This document shows, piece after piece, positions 35,846 through 48,775 of a stretch of DNA of 64,000 nt. The position numbers and the translations under genes were made by a program. Below the pieces are notes generated by a model. That model did not search any database and was not told the origin of the DNA. It saw only the letters and a list, made by a program, of their open reading frames with translations. Where the stretch lies: the NCBI GenBank assembly GCA_964270895.1, contig OZ185435.1; one strand, written 5' to 3'. How positions within the stretch are numbered: position 1 is the first letter of the stretch; each line of letters begins with the position of its first letter. Source of the DNA: Podarcis filfolensis. Taxonomy: Eukaryota.

Positions 35846-35959
35846 CTGGCAGGGAAGAGAATTCCTTACGGTAAGAGGAAGGTGGCAAGGAAGCCGCAAA
35901 AGATAGGCAAAGGAAAGCGTGCCCGCAGACTTTGCACCACAGTCGCACTCATTACTAAC

Positions 35960-36238
35960 CTTTGAACTTCACAGCACAAGAGCAAGTGTCGCTTCCGACC
36001 TCATTTGTGGCTTTGCATTGATATTCTCCAAGGTCTGCCGCTTCGAGGTTGAGAATGTGGACACTGGCACTGAAGTTCTTGGTTGTCACTTTGAACTTCT
36101 TGCTGCTCCTGACTTGCTTTCTGTCCTTGAACCAGACGACTTCGAATGGCGGGGTGCCTGCTATTTCACACTGAAGGGTGACATCGGAGCCCTTGAGTGT
36201 GTCTATGGGGCTGGGTTTCTTGCTAAAAACGGGAGGTT
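35960..36238 (-). CDS. TTN: Ig I59 exon (no minus-strand ORF listed in the track)
   Basis: AG..GT, 279 nt; EPPVFSKKPSPIDTLKG. Confidence 0.95.
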
Positions 36239-37004
36239 CTATAAAGGAAAGGAGATGAGGACATGTAACGGGACTCCTGGGAGGGGTTTCTTGCTAACAG
36301 GGGCAAGACATCCAGAAACAGAAGGCAGGAGGTATGCTTGTAAATCCCCATTTAGGTGCCTAAGAAGATTCTCTCTCTAGTTCTCCCAAGTGCATAGCAG
36401 GTCAGTTTTAGGTCATTTCTATTTCTAAAGCTGCAAAGTCTTTCTTGGAAACTTTGTCATCCCCCCCACAAATTCCTGTTGCATGTGGCTCTGAGTTTTC
36501 CAAATAAATGCAGTTAATAAACATGGGTGTGTACCTCCGCATAACGTTTTCCACTCCCACATCTGCTATTCTCAAACTGACACCCTCAAACACATGCTCT
36601 AAACCTTCCATGGCCAAAGGTTTATTTTCTTATGGTCCTCCTCCTTATCCCTATAAGTACTGTATTTTATTTTATTTTTAAATAGAAGAAATCCTGTAAC
36701 TCTTTCCCCACTGTCCCCTGCAACTGCAATTCACATCTTATGTCTTATCTAACTATAGAGTGTTGCTAGGAAGTAACAGACAATCACCTGGCAGATTGTG
36801 TAGCTGGAACACACAAGAGAAACCTGGTCCTCCTACTCCTGTAACCTCATATCTTGCATTATCACCCACTTCTTTGATCCGTTCACCTGTTGCCTCTTCT
36901 TGTCAACTTCCTAGCTATTAATCAGATGTTCAAGGAGTATATCCTAACTGAGACATAGGTTATCTTTAAACCCTTCACTGCCTGTAAACTGAATTTTCAG
37001 GGAC

Positions 37005-37340
37005 TAGAGGGCCTTCTCGGTGGCTGCTCCCAGACTTTTTTTTGGAACTCCCTACCTAGAGAAGCTAGGCTGGCTTCCTGCTTCTTGTCTTTCAGCCAGC
37101 AGGTGAAGACTTTCTTGTTCCAACAGGATTTTGGGAACTGACTGCTTTTAGTGAAAGGGCTAGTGCTCTGTTGTTTTTATGGTAATTATTGGTATGGGTT
37201 TAACAGATGTTTAGATATGTATATAGCTTTAATTCTGTCAATGTTTGATTGTTTTTTAATGATTGTTTTTCTGTGTTGGTAGTGGTTCTTATTTTTATCT
37301 GTAAGCCACCTTAAGTCCAGTCAAGGAAACAGGCAGGGAA
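37005..37340 (+). mobile_element. L2 LINE 3'-end remnant
   Basis: agggccttctcggtggctgctcccaga..tggaactccct...gtaagccacctt; boundaries approximate. Confidence 0.6.
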
Positions 37341-37353
37341 TATTGATAATAAC

Positions 37354-37500
37354 AAGTGCCTTTTTTCCTAAAAAATATGCTTAGGGGTACTCTCATTTTC
37401 CTACTCATATTGAAATACTGGCCCTCAATGAGGCCAAACTTAGATTTACAAAATGTTTAGGGGTATGCATACCCCTGCATCCCCCCAGAAAAAAGCACTG
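37354..37500. mobile_element. hAT-type MITE, 147 bp
   Basis: TIRs aagtgcctttttt / aaaaaagcactg; flanks ataataac / ataataat; the right flank continues into an (AAT)n tract. Confidence 0.7.

Positions 37501-37547
<47 letters not shown>
37501..37547. repeat. (AAT)n microsatellite
   Basis: About 15 units. Confidence 0.98.
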
Positions 37548-37548
<1 letters not shown>

Positions 37549-37851
37549 GATTTTACTCTTTTCCGTCCTGTGCTACTTCACAGTTCTGTAATTTCTGACA
37601 CAGGCCAGTGATAGGTAAAGGCTGGAGGGGCCACTGATCCTCTAAGACTGCTTTTCCCGCTCTTAAAATTTCCAAGATTGCTTTACTATATCTATTTGCA
37701 TAGTGTGCCTGACCTCCTCATCAGCACTGCCACCATTTTCACTACAGTCGAGGAGTCTTTGGATTTCAAACATCTCAGTCCTTTGTCAGTACTTTTGACT
37801 ATGCGTTCCCAGCATTATAGCATTATCATCTAACCATTTAAGGGTAAAGTA

Positions 37852-38030
37852 GGGGAATGCCTGCAGCTCGCTGGGAGAGCATCTGCTCTGAATGAAGAGG
37901 ACCCCAGGTTCAACTTCCCAGCATCTGCAGGTAGGGCTGGGAGAGAGTCCTGACTGAAATCCTGGAGAGCCACTGTCAGTCAGTGAAGATAACACTGAGG
38001 TAGATGGACCAATGGTCTGACTCCATATGG
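37852..38030 (+). mobile_element. tRNA-derived squamate SINE (Squam3-like)
   Basis: gagcatctgctctgaatgaagaggaccccaggttcaa head; ctggagagccactgtcagtcagtgaagataacactgaggtagatggaccaatggtctgactc tail; older relative near 13027-13205. Confidence 0.6.
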
Positions 38031-38108
38031 GAAAAAAACAAAACACCTTCCAGTGCTCCTAAGGGTTGGTTAGAGTGGAGGAAGTCAGAGTAGACATTGG
38101 CTTCTAAC

Positions 38109-38390
38109 CTTTCACTGTGACTGTTGTACTGCAGCTTGCGGTGCCAGCAGAATTAAGAGCTTCACAAATGTAATCTCCACTGTCTTCATGGGTAGCATCA
38201 ACAATGATCAGCACTGCTGTGCCGTCACTGAATGCCATACGGTGCTTGTCGCTAGCATGGATTTCGTGGTCATTCTTGTACCACACAACTCTGATTTCTG
38301 GGGAACCACTGATCTTGCATTCAAGTTGACATGAATCGCCCTGTTTCAGCATTCTTGATGGTTCCAGTTTCTTCACAAATTTAGGAGGTT
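38109..38390 (-). CDS. TTN: Ig I58 exon
   Basis: AG..GT, 282 nt; EPPKFVKKLEPSRMLKQG. Confidence 0.95.
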
Positions 38391-39478
38391 CTGAGAAGCC
38401 GGAAGAAAAGTAGCATTCAATATGGAGAGGAATAAGAACAATAAAGAACATGCAAAAAAAAATTGCAGTGGAAATCATAATATGGTATTATCAAGAAGGA
38501 TAACAACAAAAATTAGTAAGTGTATGAGAAACCTCCATAAAAAAAAAAACAACTGCAAAAATTCTGACATTTCTGCTGAAATAAGCCATGGCACTGATTC
38601 ACTGAAGAGCAAACACAGCAAAATACAGCCTTTGTTTCCTCATGCCTCCCTTAACGCCAGTCCACTACAAAGAAGGGAGATTGGTGGGAAATTAGCACCC
38701 AGACTCAACATAGGAGAACTCTTCTCCTGCACCTGTGCTCCCCAAAACAGATGGATATTTTGAGAAGCAATACTTATGAGATAAGCCTCTCCCAGGTACA
38801 ATAATCTGGAGGAGGGGAGGAAGGAGCCTATCTGTGCCCAGGCGTTCCATCTGCTTCCATCTCATCTGTTTGTTGACTGGCACTCAAAGCCCTCTCAAAA
38901 TTTCAGCCTGGGGGTGGGATGCTAAGATGACATCCCTGACAGGTGCACGAGTGCAGAGGCCAATTGCTATTGCCCCACTTCCCTTTCAACTTGTCGACAT
39001 CTACTGGAGAGGTGTGCAAAACTCTTGGTAAATCCCTGCTAATGGATCAAGCTATCTATGTATATTTTCCCATGCAACTATTTTTTAGAATGTAAATTAT
39101 ACATAAACTGTAAATGAATCAAATCCGCCTCGACTTTTACAACGGCAAAAACCAAAGAATGCTATAAAAGCTACATTTAACGTGGGTATCTGTAAATCAC
39201 AACCGGCGCGTGTAATTTGTCATAAGAATCCATCACATTTCTATGAGCGCAAACATTATTCTTTTGCTCTACTGGGGTTTCAAGACACAGTAAGGAGAAG
39301 AAAATAGTTCGGAACTTAAATACTTACAGATAGTTTCCTATGAATTTTTGTTAATTTGAAAGAGGTCTGCCTTTTTCTTTTTAGCTTCTAACAGTTAGAA
39401 ACAAAGAATTCTGTGGAAAAGAAATCCCAAGAAAATCCCTTTTCTGCACAAAAGATCAGCCAACTTAAATTCAAATAC

Positions 39479-39766
39479 CTTTCACATTAAGTTGAGCCGA
39501 GCAAAAGTCTTTCCCAACATCATTGCTAGCTTGGCAAGTATACTGTCCGCTGTCTCCTTTGCCTACTCTCAGAATTCTCAAATGGGCTGTATTTGCTACA
39601 AAGGTAATGGCATAGTTTCCTCCTGTACGGATCTCGCGGCCATCTTTAGCCCACGTTACATGTATAGGTTGGGCTCCAGTAACATGACACTCAAAGTCAG
39701 CACTTTCTCCAACAGGAAGATCTTTGGACTCGGGTGTGATATCAAAGGAGGGAGCTTGTTTGCGTT
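39479..39766 (-). CDS. TTN: Ig I57 exon (no minus-strand ORF listed in the track)
   Basis: AG..GT, 288 nt; ERKQAPSFDITPESKDLPVG. Confidence 0.95.
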
Positions 39767-39902
39767 CTGGGGAATAAAATGAAGAGGAACGTTTGGATTT
39801 CTTTCAGACGCGGTAAAGCTAAATACTGTAAAATCTTTTTAGAGGTTAGGAAGAGTGGTTGAATGTAACAGATGAAAACAAGAGAGTCGGTATGAAACTA
39901 AC

Positions 39903-40190
39903 CTGAGACTGTGAGCCTAGCACTAGATGTAGCAGTTCCTACAGGATTGGTCGCTGTGCAAGAATATTGCCCAGTGTGACTCATCTCAGTTTGCAACAGC
40001 TGAAGAGTTGCCACGTTATCTATGTAAGAGGCCTGCACATTAAAGTCATCTCTTAAAGGCACACCATCCTTATACCATGTAACACTAATAGGCTCTGACC
40101 CATTTAGACGGCAAACTAATTTGATTGGGAAGCCAACGGTTTGCTCTGTATCCTTTAATTTCCTTGCAAAAGAAGGTGGACGTTTTCGCT
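39903..40190 (-). CDS. TTN: Ig I56 exon
   Basis: AG..GT, 288 nt; [17 protein letters not shown]. Confidence 0.95.
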
Positions 40191-40316
40191 CTGCAAGAAA
40201 AGAAGCATGCAATAAACATACGGCTTATGCAGGCATCTGGACAGGTGAAAATGTTTTTTAAAGAGTGAAAGATCTGTAAGTATGAGTTTTTAACCAATCC
40301 CAGATAAAATAATCAC

Positions 40317-40595
40317 CTTGAACTGCTAAGACAGCCTTTGAAGAGGCCGTTCCGACACTGTTTTCTGCTTTGCAAATATATTCCCCACTGTCACTGGCAT
40401 CCACTTTGTTAAAAATAAGTGTAGCAACATTATCTTTGAAGTACATCTTATACTCAGGAGTAGATCTTAATTTTGTATCTCCTTTGAACCAAGATATTGT
40501 AATTTCTGGGGTCCCAGTAACTTGGCATTGCAAAGTGGTATAGTCTCCAACTGACACCTCAAGAGGTCCCAAGTGAGTGACGAAAGAAGGAGGTT
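40317..40595 (-). CDS. TTN: Ig I55 exon
   Basis: AG..GT, 279 nt; [17 protein letters not shown]. Confidence 0.95.
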
Positions 40596-40705
40596 CTGGG
40601 GACACAAAGAGTCAGCATTAGGATAATGGCACCTGAACGCTACAGTGAAGAAACAATGAGGTTTTTAAATAAAAAAATATTATTAAGAAGGCGCTAAAGA
40701 CAGAC

Positions 40706-40984
40706 CTAAAGTGGATACCAGTGCTTCACAGATATCTTCTCCAGCCTCATTCTCAACCATACATGTGTATTCTCCTTGATCATCCTTTGTACTGTTAAGA
40801 ATTTCCAGAATGCATGACTTCTCTGTTGTGGTGATGCTGCACTTTTCGGACTGGCCTAAAGTTACGCCGTTCTTCTTCCATGTCACTGAAATTGGAAGGC
40901 TGCCAGTGTACCTGCTCTCTAGAATTATGGATTTGCCTGGCTCCACACAATGGTCGCTGAGCTTCTTCACAAAAACGGCTGGTT
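40706..40984 (-). CDS. TTN: Ig I54 exon
   Basis: AG..GT, 279 nt; EPAVFVKKLSDHCVEPG. Confidence 0.95.
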
Positions 40985-41072
40985 CTGGTGAGCAATAAGA
41001 AGTCAAATATTGGCATCAACGCTGCACAAACACCTAAACAATCCAAACCGAAAAAGTGCAACCTATACCAAC

Positions 41073-41351
41073 CTTTTACAGAAAGATGTGCCGTACAAGA
41101 CACTTTGCCAGCCTCATTAGTCACAACACAAGTATATTCTCCACTCTGTTGTGGCTCTACATCAAACAGCTCCAGGTCTGTGACCGAATCTTCCAAGTAG
41201 ATGTTACATTTATCACTTGGTACGAGTTCATTGACGCCTCTAAACCACCTCACCTTAAATGGTGGTGTTCCTCTAATAACAGCAGAAAATGTAACACTTT
41301 TGCCTGGTAAAATATCCACAGATTCAGGTACCTTCTCAAAAGAGGGTGGTT
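41073..41351 (-). CDS. TTN: Ig I53 exon
   Basis: AG..GT, 279 nt; EPPSFEKVPESVDILPG. Confidence 0.95.
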
Positions 41352-41513
41352 CTAAAGAAGCATCGAAAGTAACAACAGATCAGTCGATAATGAAGGAATC
41401 ATAAAGTGAAAATAAAAATTTCCTCAAATCACGGCACCAAGAGAATGCAATTTTACAAGAATAAAGATTATGGAAGATTTCTGCAAAGTGTTAGCCACTT
41501 ATTGAATACTGAC

Positions 41514-41801
41514 CTTGTACAATCAAAGCAGCCTTGGTTTCATCAGAGCCTGCCACATTAGCAGCTTTACATGCATAAGTTCCTGTATCAGATGAGTTCA
41601 GTGAACCAATCTGCAAACTGCAAACATGGTCTGAAAATGAGATTTGATGTTTTTCCCCACTGGTGAGTTTATGTCCATTATGGAACCAAGCGACTGTAAT
41701 GGGAAGGGATCCAGCCACTTTGCACTCAAGAATCACTGAAGAAGCCAGTACACCATGAGTTTCTTTAAGTTTTCTTGTGAAAGAAGGTGGAATAATCCGA
41801 T
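41514..41801 (-). CDS. TTN: Ig I52 exon
   Basis: AG..GT, 288 nt; [17 protein letters not shown]. Confidence 0.95.
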
Positions 41802-41896
41802 CTGTGTAAGAGGAGGTAAACAAAAGAAAATGAGGACCCCACAAAGGAGAACCATTTCCTGGTGGGAATACAATGAAGAGAAGCAACAGAACTGAC

Positions 41897-42175
41897 CCAG
41901 AACATCAACGGAAGCTGTGCAGCTGCTTTTGCCAACATTGTTCTGCACCTCGAAAGTGTATAAGCCACTGTCTTCCATTTCTGAATCAATAATTTTAAGT
42001 GTGGACACTTTGTTGTAGAAGGTAATTTTGTATTTGTTGCTAGTTGTTAATTCTTTTCCATCCTTAAACCAGCCTATTGAAAGTTCTGGTGTTCCACCCA
42101 CTTTGCACTCTAGGGTACAAATGTCTCCGACGGTGACTTTCATTGGTTCTGCCTTCTCAGTGATGACAGCTGGCT
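41897..42175 (-). CDS. TTN: Ig I51 exon
   Basis: AG..GT, 279 nt; EPAVITEKAEPMKVTVG. Confidence 0.95.
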
Positions 42176-42620
42176 CTGGAACGAGATTCAAGCAGTATCT
42201 ACCTGTGAATATCACTATCTCCTTAGCCACATGGCTTAATATTGCAATTACAGAAATCACTTCTCTAAAGCCACAGTTTTCTGCTTTGGAAAGGAGCCAC
42301 TGCAAAGCTATTAATGGCTCTTCTTTTCTAGAATTGAGAAACACAGTAAACACCACCGTGCCACTTATTTGTCTTCCAGAGAAGAGGAGCTGACTGCCCA
42401 ACCAATAGGAGCAGAGCAGTATGAAGCCCTCAATGGGTTTCCTGAACATTTTGCTTCAGAACCCGTTCTCCAATACTCTGTAATGCACCATGTACACTGA
42501 TGGCATGCCCCTCCCTCTCTCATCCTCAAGGCTCTGAAGGTTATTTAGCCTGCCCAACTTTTAAAAGTAACTCTCTCTTTTTTAAAGAAAATAAAAAGCC
42601 AAGTTTGTGTCATTACCAAC

Positions 42621-42902
42621 CTAGAACGGTTAAAGTAGCTATGCACTCCCGGGTTCCAGCATCATTACTGATTTGACAGATATACTTCCCAGCGCTTGCT
42701 GGTTCTGCTTTGGCAAGCTGCAAAGTGGCAACATTTTCCACGTATGTTATTGTCCTGTTAGCACTTTCTCTGATGACCTCTTCTTTGTCCTTGAGCCACG
42801 TCACCGAAATCGGCTGAGAGCCTTCCAAGGTGGCCTGCAACTCTACTGGTTCACCCACCACAACAGTAAGGTTGTTAATTTTGGTCACGAATTTTGGTGG
42901 TT
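42621..42902 (-). CDS. TTN: Ig I50 exon
   Basis: AG..GT, 282 nt; EPPKFVTKINNLTVVVG. Confidence 0.95.
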
Positions 42903-43006
42903 CTGAAGAGGAAAGAGCCAATGGGCATCAAGAGTTCCAACAAGAATTGTGCATTTTTATAAAGACAACGATGATTGCACACCGTATTTCCTCAAATAAT
43001 ACCTAC

Positions 43007-43285
43007 CTTTAAGTTTTACCATACAAACGCAAGTGTCGCTTCCGACATCGTTCTGAGCTTTGCACTGGTATTCACCAATGTCAGATACTTCAATATTCAG
43101 AATGTGAACACTTGCATGGTAGTTTTTGGATGCGACTTTGTACTTTTTACTGCTACGGATTTGCCTCTTATCCTTATACCACGTAATATCAAAAGGTGGC
43201 GTCCCAGAAATTTCACATTCAAGGCTAACCTCAGTACCCTTGAGTGTATCTACTGGAGATGGCTTCCTGCTAAAGATGGGCGGTT
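43007..43285 (-). CDS. TTN: Ig I49 exon (no minus-strand ORF listed in the track)
   Basis: AG..GTAGG, 279 nt; EPPIFSRKPSPVDTLKG. Confidence 0.95.
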
Positions 43286-44454
43286 CTAGGATGAAAGAAA
43301 GAATCAGGCGTCATTTTAAGAAAGTTACCTCAATATATATGCTGCTAGTTTAATGTGAATATAATGTGAGAATTGCCAGCTATGTATCTGTTCCAGTGCC
43401 AAGGCATGCATGCAGCAGCAGAAGAAGCACGTTTTCTTTTCACAGCTGGTTTTTAAGGGTAGCCAACGGACTGGAATGGAAGCATGCATGTCCCAGTCTG
43501 CCAGCAAAGCTCCACCCACTAAGATGCCCATGATTGGGCAGTTTAGTGTATTTGGTGGGCAATCCCACCCTGCAATGCGGCTGGCCGAATGATCTTCAGT
43601 GTGCACGCAAGTCCCAGCACTTGGGAATGGCTGGCAGCCAGCCCGCAAGAGGCTGTAACTGTTGCCCACCCGGAATAGGGTAATTGGTCATTTCAGTAAT
43701 AAAAGCAATGACCATCCTAGAATGCTGAGCCAAAAGGGTGAGTGCAGGAATGCATTTAACAACCCTTTTCTCCTCCTTTCACATGGAATGTAGTCCAACT
43801 GACTGATTACTTATCCTTTCTGTAAGAGGCAGAGAGCTGTGATGGTCACTGTTGCCTCTTGCAGATTCAGTGGACGCCAACCCTGACATCTACTCAAGCC
43901 TTTGATTAGTTGACTGGAGGAGGAGTTTTATCACCCTCTCAGTGTTGTGGTGCATATTTGATTGACTGATGGTTGCAGCCTTGATTTAAGTACCCCACTC
44001 ATTGACGTTAATGAAGAGTGGGTTATAATTGCCACCAAGCTTATGCAGGTAATTAAGAAAACATCTTTCTGTAATAGCTAATTGATTATCTCTGGGTTGT
44101 TGTTTTTTTAAAATGTAGTTTTTACTATGTGGTTGTTGTAGACCACTTTGGTTTTTTGGTTTAATAGTGGCATACAAATATTGTAATAATTAAATAACCT
44201 AAATAAATAATAGTAAATACACCACATCCCTTTGAACATTCTTGAGGGAAAGAGTGAAAGCCACAGGTTAGAGAATACTTGTTTAAAATTAACCTGGAGG
44301 CTAATTAGATGAGAAATAGGACCCTGTCCACAATGGGCAGTTATAGCAATCTAACAGTTAGCTTAGCCATACAAGAATCAGAATGAGCTAATCTCAATCT
44401 TTTTAGAGACAGTTAGTCAAAGAGAAGGAAGTCCGCCAAGGCATGTTTGCTAAC

Positions 44455-44736
44455 CTTTGACTAGGAGTTTAGTACTGCAGCTTGCCCTGCCAGCAGGGTT
44501 CTGTGCTTCACATATGTAATCTCCACTATCGTCTGCACCAAGATGCCTCATTTCAATGACTGCCACAGAATCTGTGAATGACATCTGGAATTTTTCGCTA
44601 GCATGGACCTCAGTGTCATTTCTGTACCATACCACTTTGATTTCCGGAGAGCCACTGATTTTACATTCAAGTCGTGTGGAGTCGCCCTGTTTAATCACTT
44701 TAGACGGGTCTAACTTCTTGATGAACTTTGGAGGTT
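44455..44736 (-). CDS. TTN: Ig I48 exon
   Basis: AG..GT, 282 nt; EPPKFIKKLDPSKVIKQG. Confidence 0.95.
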
Positions 44737-44946
44737 CTGGGAAACGGAAGAAAAATGAAAGCAAGGTAAATTGGAAGCAAAGAGGGATTGTGTTGAAAGG
44801 TATATAGAATAAGAGGGGAGAGAAATCTAAAAGGGTGCTTAACTTCTAGTTTTAGCAATGCAGGAAGAAAAGTAACTCAGAAACATTTACACAAAAGACT
44901 GCAGAAGACAATTAAGAAAAGAGCAACACAGAACACATTAGCACAC

Positions 44947-45225
44947 CTGTTATGCTCAGTGTGGTTGTACAAGAATCGCTGCCAACATCGTTGGAAACTT
45001 GGCAAGTATAGTTTCCACTTTTTGATACATCCACAGAATAAAGATTTAAGAAACCAGTTGACCCTTCAATCCCAAATAAACAGTTAGGTCCAGACACAAG
45101 TTCTAAATCTTCTTTAAACCACTTTATTTTAAAAGGCGGTGTTCCCTTTAAAGATGCCTTAAATTCCACTGTTGAATCAGGTATAGCTGATTGACTTTCT
45201 GGTTTTACCAAGAAGCTTGGTGGCT
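44947..45225 (-). CDS. TTN: Ig I47 exon
   Basis: AG..GT, 279 nt; EPPSFLVKPESQSAIPD. Confidence 0.95.
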
Positions 45226-45465
45226 CTAAAGGTTTTAAGAAACAAAAGAAAACTAATTAGGTTCCGGAGCAAGAAATATGGCCTGGCAAGCCACAGCAAA
45301 CCAATAAAGAGAAATAAAACATGTGTCAAAGTTAATAAGAGAAGAAAGGTTCCGTATAGATAACATTAAATGGGATCTACATTCAAAGATATTAAGATAA
45401 TGATGTGAAGTTGAAAAAGATTTATATTTTAATACAGTGTATAGAAAGAAGATAGAAATCCAAAC

Positions 45466-45753
45466 CTTTCACAGTTAAGACGGCGCTACATGAGTCACTT
45501 CCTGCAACATTTGTTACGCTGCAAGTATAATTTCCAGAATCTGTCAACTCTAGGTAATTAACCTCAAGCGATACAGTGTTCTCATGGCACAGATGCCTAT
45601 ATTTTGCACTCTCGGGTATCTCTTTTCCATCTTTAAACCATTTTGCAGTAATTGGGAGTGAGCCAGAGACTTTGCACTCCATATGAATAGACGATCCCAG
45701 AATTTTATCCATTTTTGGCAATTTTTTGGTAAACGAAGGAGGGATTGCTTGAT
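45466..45753 (-). CDS. TTN: Ig I46 exon
   Basis: AG..GT, 288 nt; DQAIPPSFTKKLPKMDK. Confidence 0.95.
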
Positions 45754-45890
45754 CTGCCCAGAAGGGAGGGAAGAAGGCAAGTAGCATCAGATTCCTTGTT
45801 TTATTCTTTCTTCTTCATGAAAAATACACAGGCAATTAAAATGTTGATTGAAAAAGAACATGCTCCATTTTGACCAAACAAAATACAAAC

Positions 45891-46169
45891 CTAGTACAGA
45901 CAAAGTAGCCTCACAGGTGCTGCTTCCAAACTCATTTTCGACCTTAAAGGTGTATGTGCCGCTGTCCTCCTTCATAATGGATTCAATCCTGAACCTAGCC
46001 ACATTATTGTCAAAGCTCATGGTGTAATATCTACTGGGCATGAGTTGTTTGCCATCTTTGGACCATTTTACTTGAAGTTCTGGTGTTCCAGCCACAGTGC
46101 ATTCTAGAGTGACTGGGTCTTTCTCCGTAACTTTAATTGATTTAGCTTTTTCTATGATCTGAGCAGGTT
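45891..46169 (-). CDS. TTN: Ig I45 exon
   Basis: AG..GT, 279 nt; EPAQIIEKAKSIKVTEK. Confidence 0.95.
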
Positions 46170-46274
46170 CTGGAGTAAGAATAAAAACACAAATATATTG
46201 AAGTCTTCCGATGAGTAACCGGCAGAAGACTGGTGCTTACTGAGGAATCAAAATAGGAATCAAAACTCACAAAC

Positions 46275-46553
46275 CTTGCACTAAAAGTAAAGCAAAACAC
46301 TTCTCAACTCCTGACTCATTCTTTGCCTGACAGGTGTATCTCCCACTGTGACCGAGGTCAACATGTCTGATCTTCAGTCTCGCCACATTGTTTTCAAATG
46401 TAATGTGGAAGCTGTCATCGTTTTCGATGATTCTTTCGTCTTTTATCCAAGACACTGTTAAAGGCTGAGAACCAGCCACAGTGCATTGAAATACAGCAGA
46501 GCTCTTCAAAACAGCATGGACGTTTTCTAACTTCTTGATGAAGGATGGGGGTT
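46275..46553 (-). CDS. TTN: Ig I44 exon
   Basis: AG..GT, 279 nt; EPPSFIKKLENVHAVLK. Confidence 0.95.
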
Positions 46554-46680
46554 CTGTGTTTATTAAAAATATAAAAAAGCCGGAATGAAACCTGGGTAAG
46601 GTTTAAAATTTGCTAAAGGAGGTGAGAGAACAAACGGAATGTTTCTTAGGCTTTTTCCCTGCTATGATTACTGAACTGAC

Positions 46681-46959
46681 CTTTCAAACTGACTTTTGTG
46701 CTACAGGAACAGCTGCCCCCTTCATTTGAAATAATGCACTGGTATTCGCCAGCATCCTGAACATCACAGTTCATGATATGAAGGGCAAAAACAGATTGCT
46801 GATCAGTCATGGTGTATTTCTTGCTACTTCGGATCTCGTTGTTGTTCTTCAGCCAGGTCACTTCAAACGGAGGAGTCCCTGTGACTTCACATTCTAACAC
46901 AGCATCGTAGGTTCTTACTACTTCCACAGGTTTTAGCTCCCTCACAAATGTGGGAGGTT
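46681..46959 (-). CDS. TTN: Ig I43 exon
   Basis: AG..GT, 279 nt; EPPTFVRELKPVEVVRT. Confidence 0.95.
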
Positions 46960-47056
46960 CTAAAGTAGTAGAAGAAAACAAAGCAACCTCAGAAATAAGG
47001 GGAGGAACCCAACTGCATGGCTGAAGGAACTGGAAAAGGAATTCTTAGCAACTAAC

Positions 47057-47338
47057 CTTTCACTCTCAGTTCAATGCTGCAACTCTCACTACCTGCGTCA
47101 TTGCGGGCCTCGCAGATGTAAGTCCCGCTATCCTCCACTTTAGCATTGGAAACTTTAAAAGTCGCCATGTTGTCTACAAACGAGACTCCATATTTAGCAT
47201 GGTCCAGCACTTCGTTCCCATCAAGGTACCAAAGGACATGGATTTCCGGTGTACCCGCTACCTGGCATTCAAAAGTGGTAGACTGTCCTTTTCTCAAAGC
47301 TACTACAGGGCTAGGCTTCTGAAGAAACCTAGGGGGCT
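47057..47338 (-). CDS. TTN: Ig I42 exon
   Basis: AG..GT, 282 nt; EPPRFLQKPSPVVALRKG. Confidence 0.95.
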
Positions 47339-47546
47339 CTAAAATAAAATTAAAAATAATTATTTAGAAAATAGTAATTGGCTTTAAAAAACACAAACCA
47401 ACCAAAAAGACTAAGGTAGATTGCAATCCTATGCACATACTTACTGTAATCCCCATCTAACACAGTGGGACTTACACTCAAGTAGACGTGCATAGGATTG
47501 AGCTGCGCAAATCGCAACTGATAACCCGGGATGTAAAAGTGCAGAC

Positions 47547-47825
47547 CTTTCACAAAAAGAGTTGTTTTGCAGGTTGTTGTCCCGACGTCATTGCTTAATT
47601 GGCAGATATAGTTCCCTGAATCAGACGTCTTGGCCGAAAAGAGTTCCAGCACGCTTGAAGTGTCATCTTTGTAAACTGAGCGAGAAGCTCCCGAAAGGAG
47701 TTCTTTGCTATCTTTGAACCACTTTATTTGTATGGGAGGCGTGCCGCTCACGAGAGCTTTGAGCTGGACTCTGGCAGCTGGTACCACATCTTGTGACTGT
47801 GGCTTTTCAACAAAGCATGGGGGTT
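47547..47825 (-). CDS. TTN: Ig I41 exon
   Basis: AG..GT, 279 nt; EPPCFVEKPQSQDVVPA. Confidence 0.95.
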
Positions 47826-47957
47826 CTACAAAGAGTGGGGAGAAAGACCAGGAAAAGAGGGAGGTCAATCATTTTGGAACGATAAACAAAAACCAGAATC
47901 AAAGCGACGTGGCAAATAAGCCTGCCACCTAGGAGAAAAAGTACAAGATGTCCAAAC

Positions 47958-48245
47958 CTTTGACGGTTAAATGGGCACTGCACTGGTTGCTTCCAGCTTT
48001 ATTTGTTGCCTCACAGGTATAAGATCCACTATCTGCACCTTCAAGCTGGTTGATCTCCAAGAATGCCATGTTATCATGGAAAGAATACTTGTGCTTTTCG
48101 CTAGCAGTTATCTCTTGGCCATCCTTGTACCACTGGATACTTATTGGGTGTGAACCAGACACTATACACTCAAGGTGAACAAAAGAGCCCTTAATGCTAT
48201 CCATTTTCTTTAGCTTTTTGGTGAATTTAGGCGGTATGATCAGAT
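47958..48245 (-). CDS. TTN: Ig I40 exon
   Basis: AG..GT, 288 nt; DLIIPPKFTKKLKKMDS. Confidence 0.95.
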
Positions 48246-48392
48246 CTACCCAAGACAAACCAAAAAGATATGTATTAGATTAGGTTGCCACTTTGCTTGT
48301 CTTTGGCATAAAAAGAAAATAAGAATTGCAGTTGCGGCCAGCACCCACCAACCGACCCACCCCCCAAGAGAAGAGGGATACACAATACGAAC

Positions 48393-48671
48393 CTAAGACA
48401 TTAATGCTAGCTTTACAGCTACTGCTTCCGACATCATTTGAAACCTCAAATGTGTATTCGCCGCTATCTTTCTTTTCTGTAGAAACAATCTTTAGCATAG
48501 AGACTGTATCGGTAACATTGATTTTATATTTGTGTCCCAATGTCAACTCCTTTCCATCTCTGAACCACTTGGCAGTAATATCTTTTGTTCCTGAAAATCT
48601 ACACTGCAATGTGGCTGGGTCGCCTTCCGTGACATCAATTGAAACAGCTTTATCAGTGATGGTGGCTGCCT
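48393..48671 (-). CDS. TTN: Ig I39 exon
   Basis: AG..GT, 279 nt; EAATITDKAVSIDVTEG. Confidence 0.95.
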
Positions 48672-48775
48672 CTGTGATAAATACAGGAGCAAATATGAGT
48701 CTGGGTGACTTGAAGTGTAGATGTTAGCAAAACACGATGCTATAAATTAAGGAGGTGGGAGTAAGCTCTACAAAC

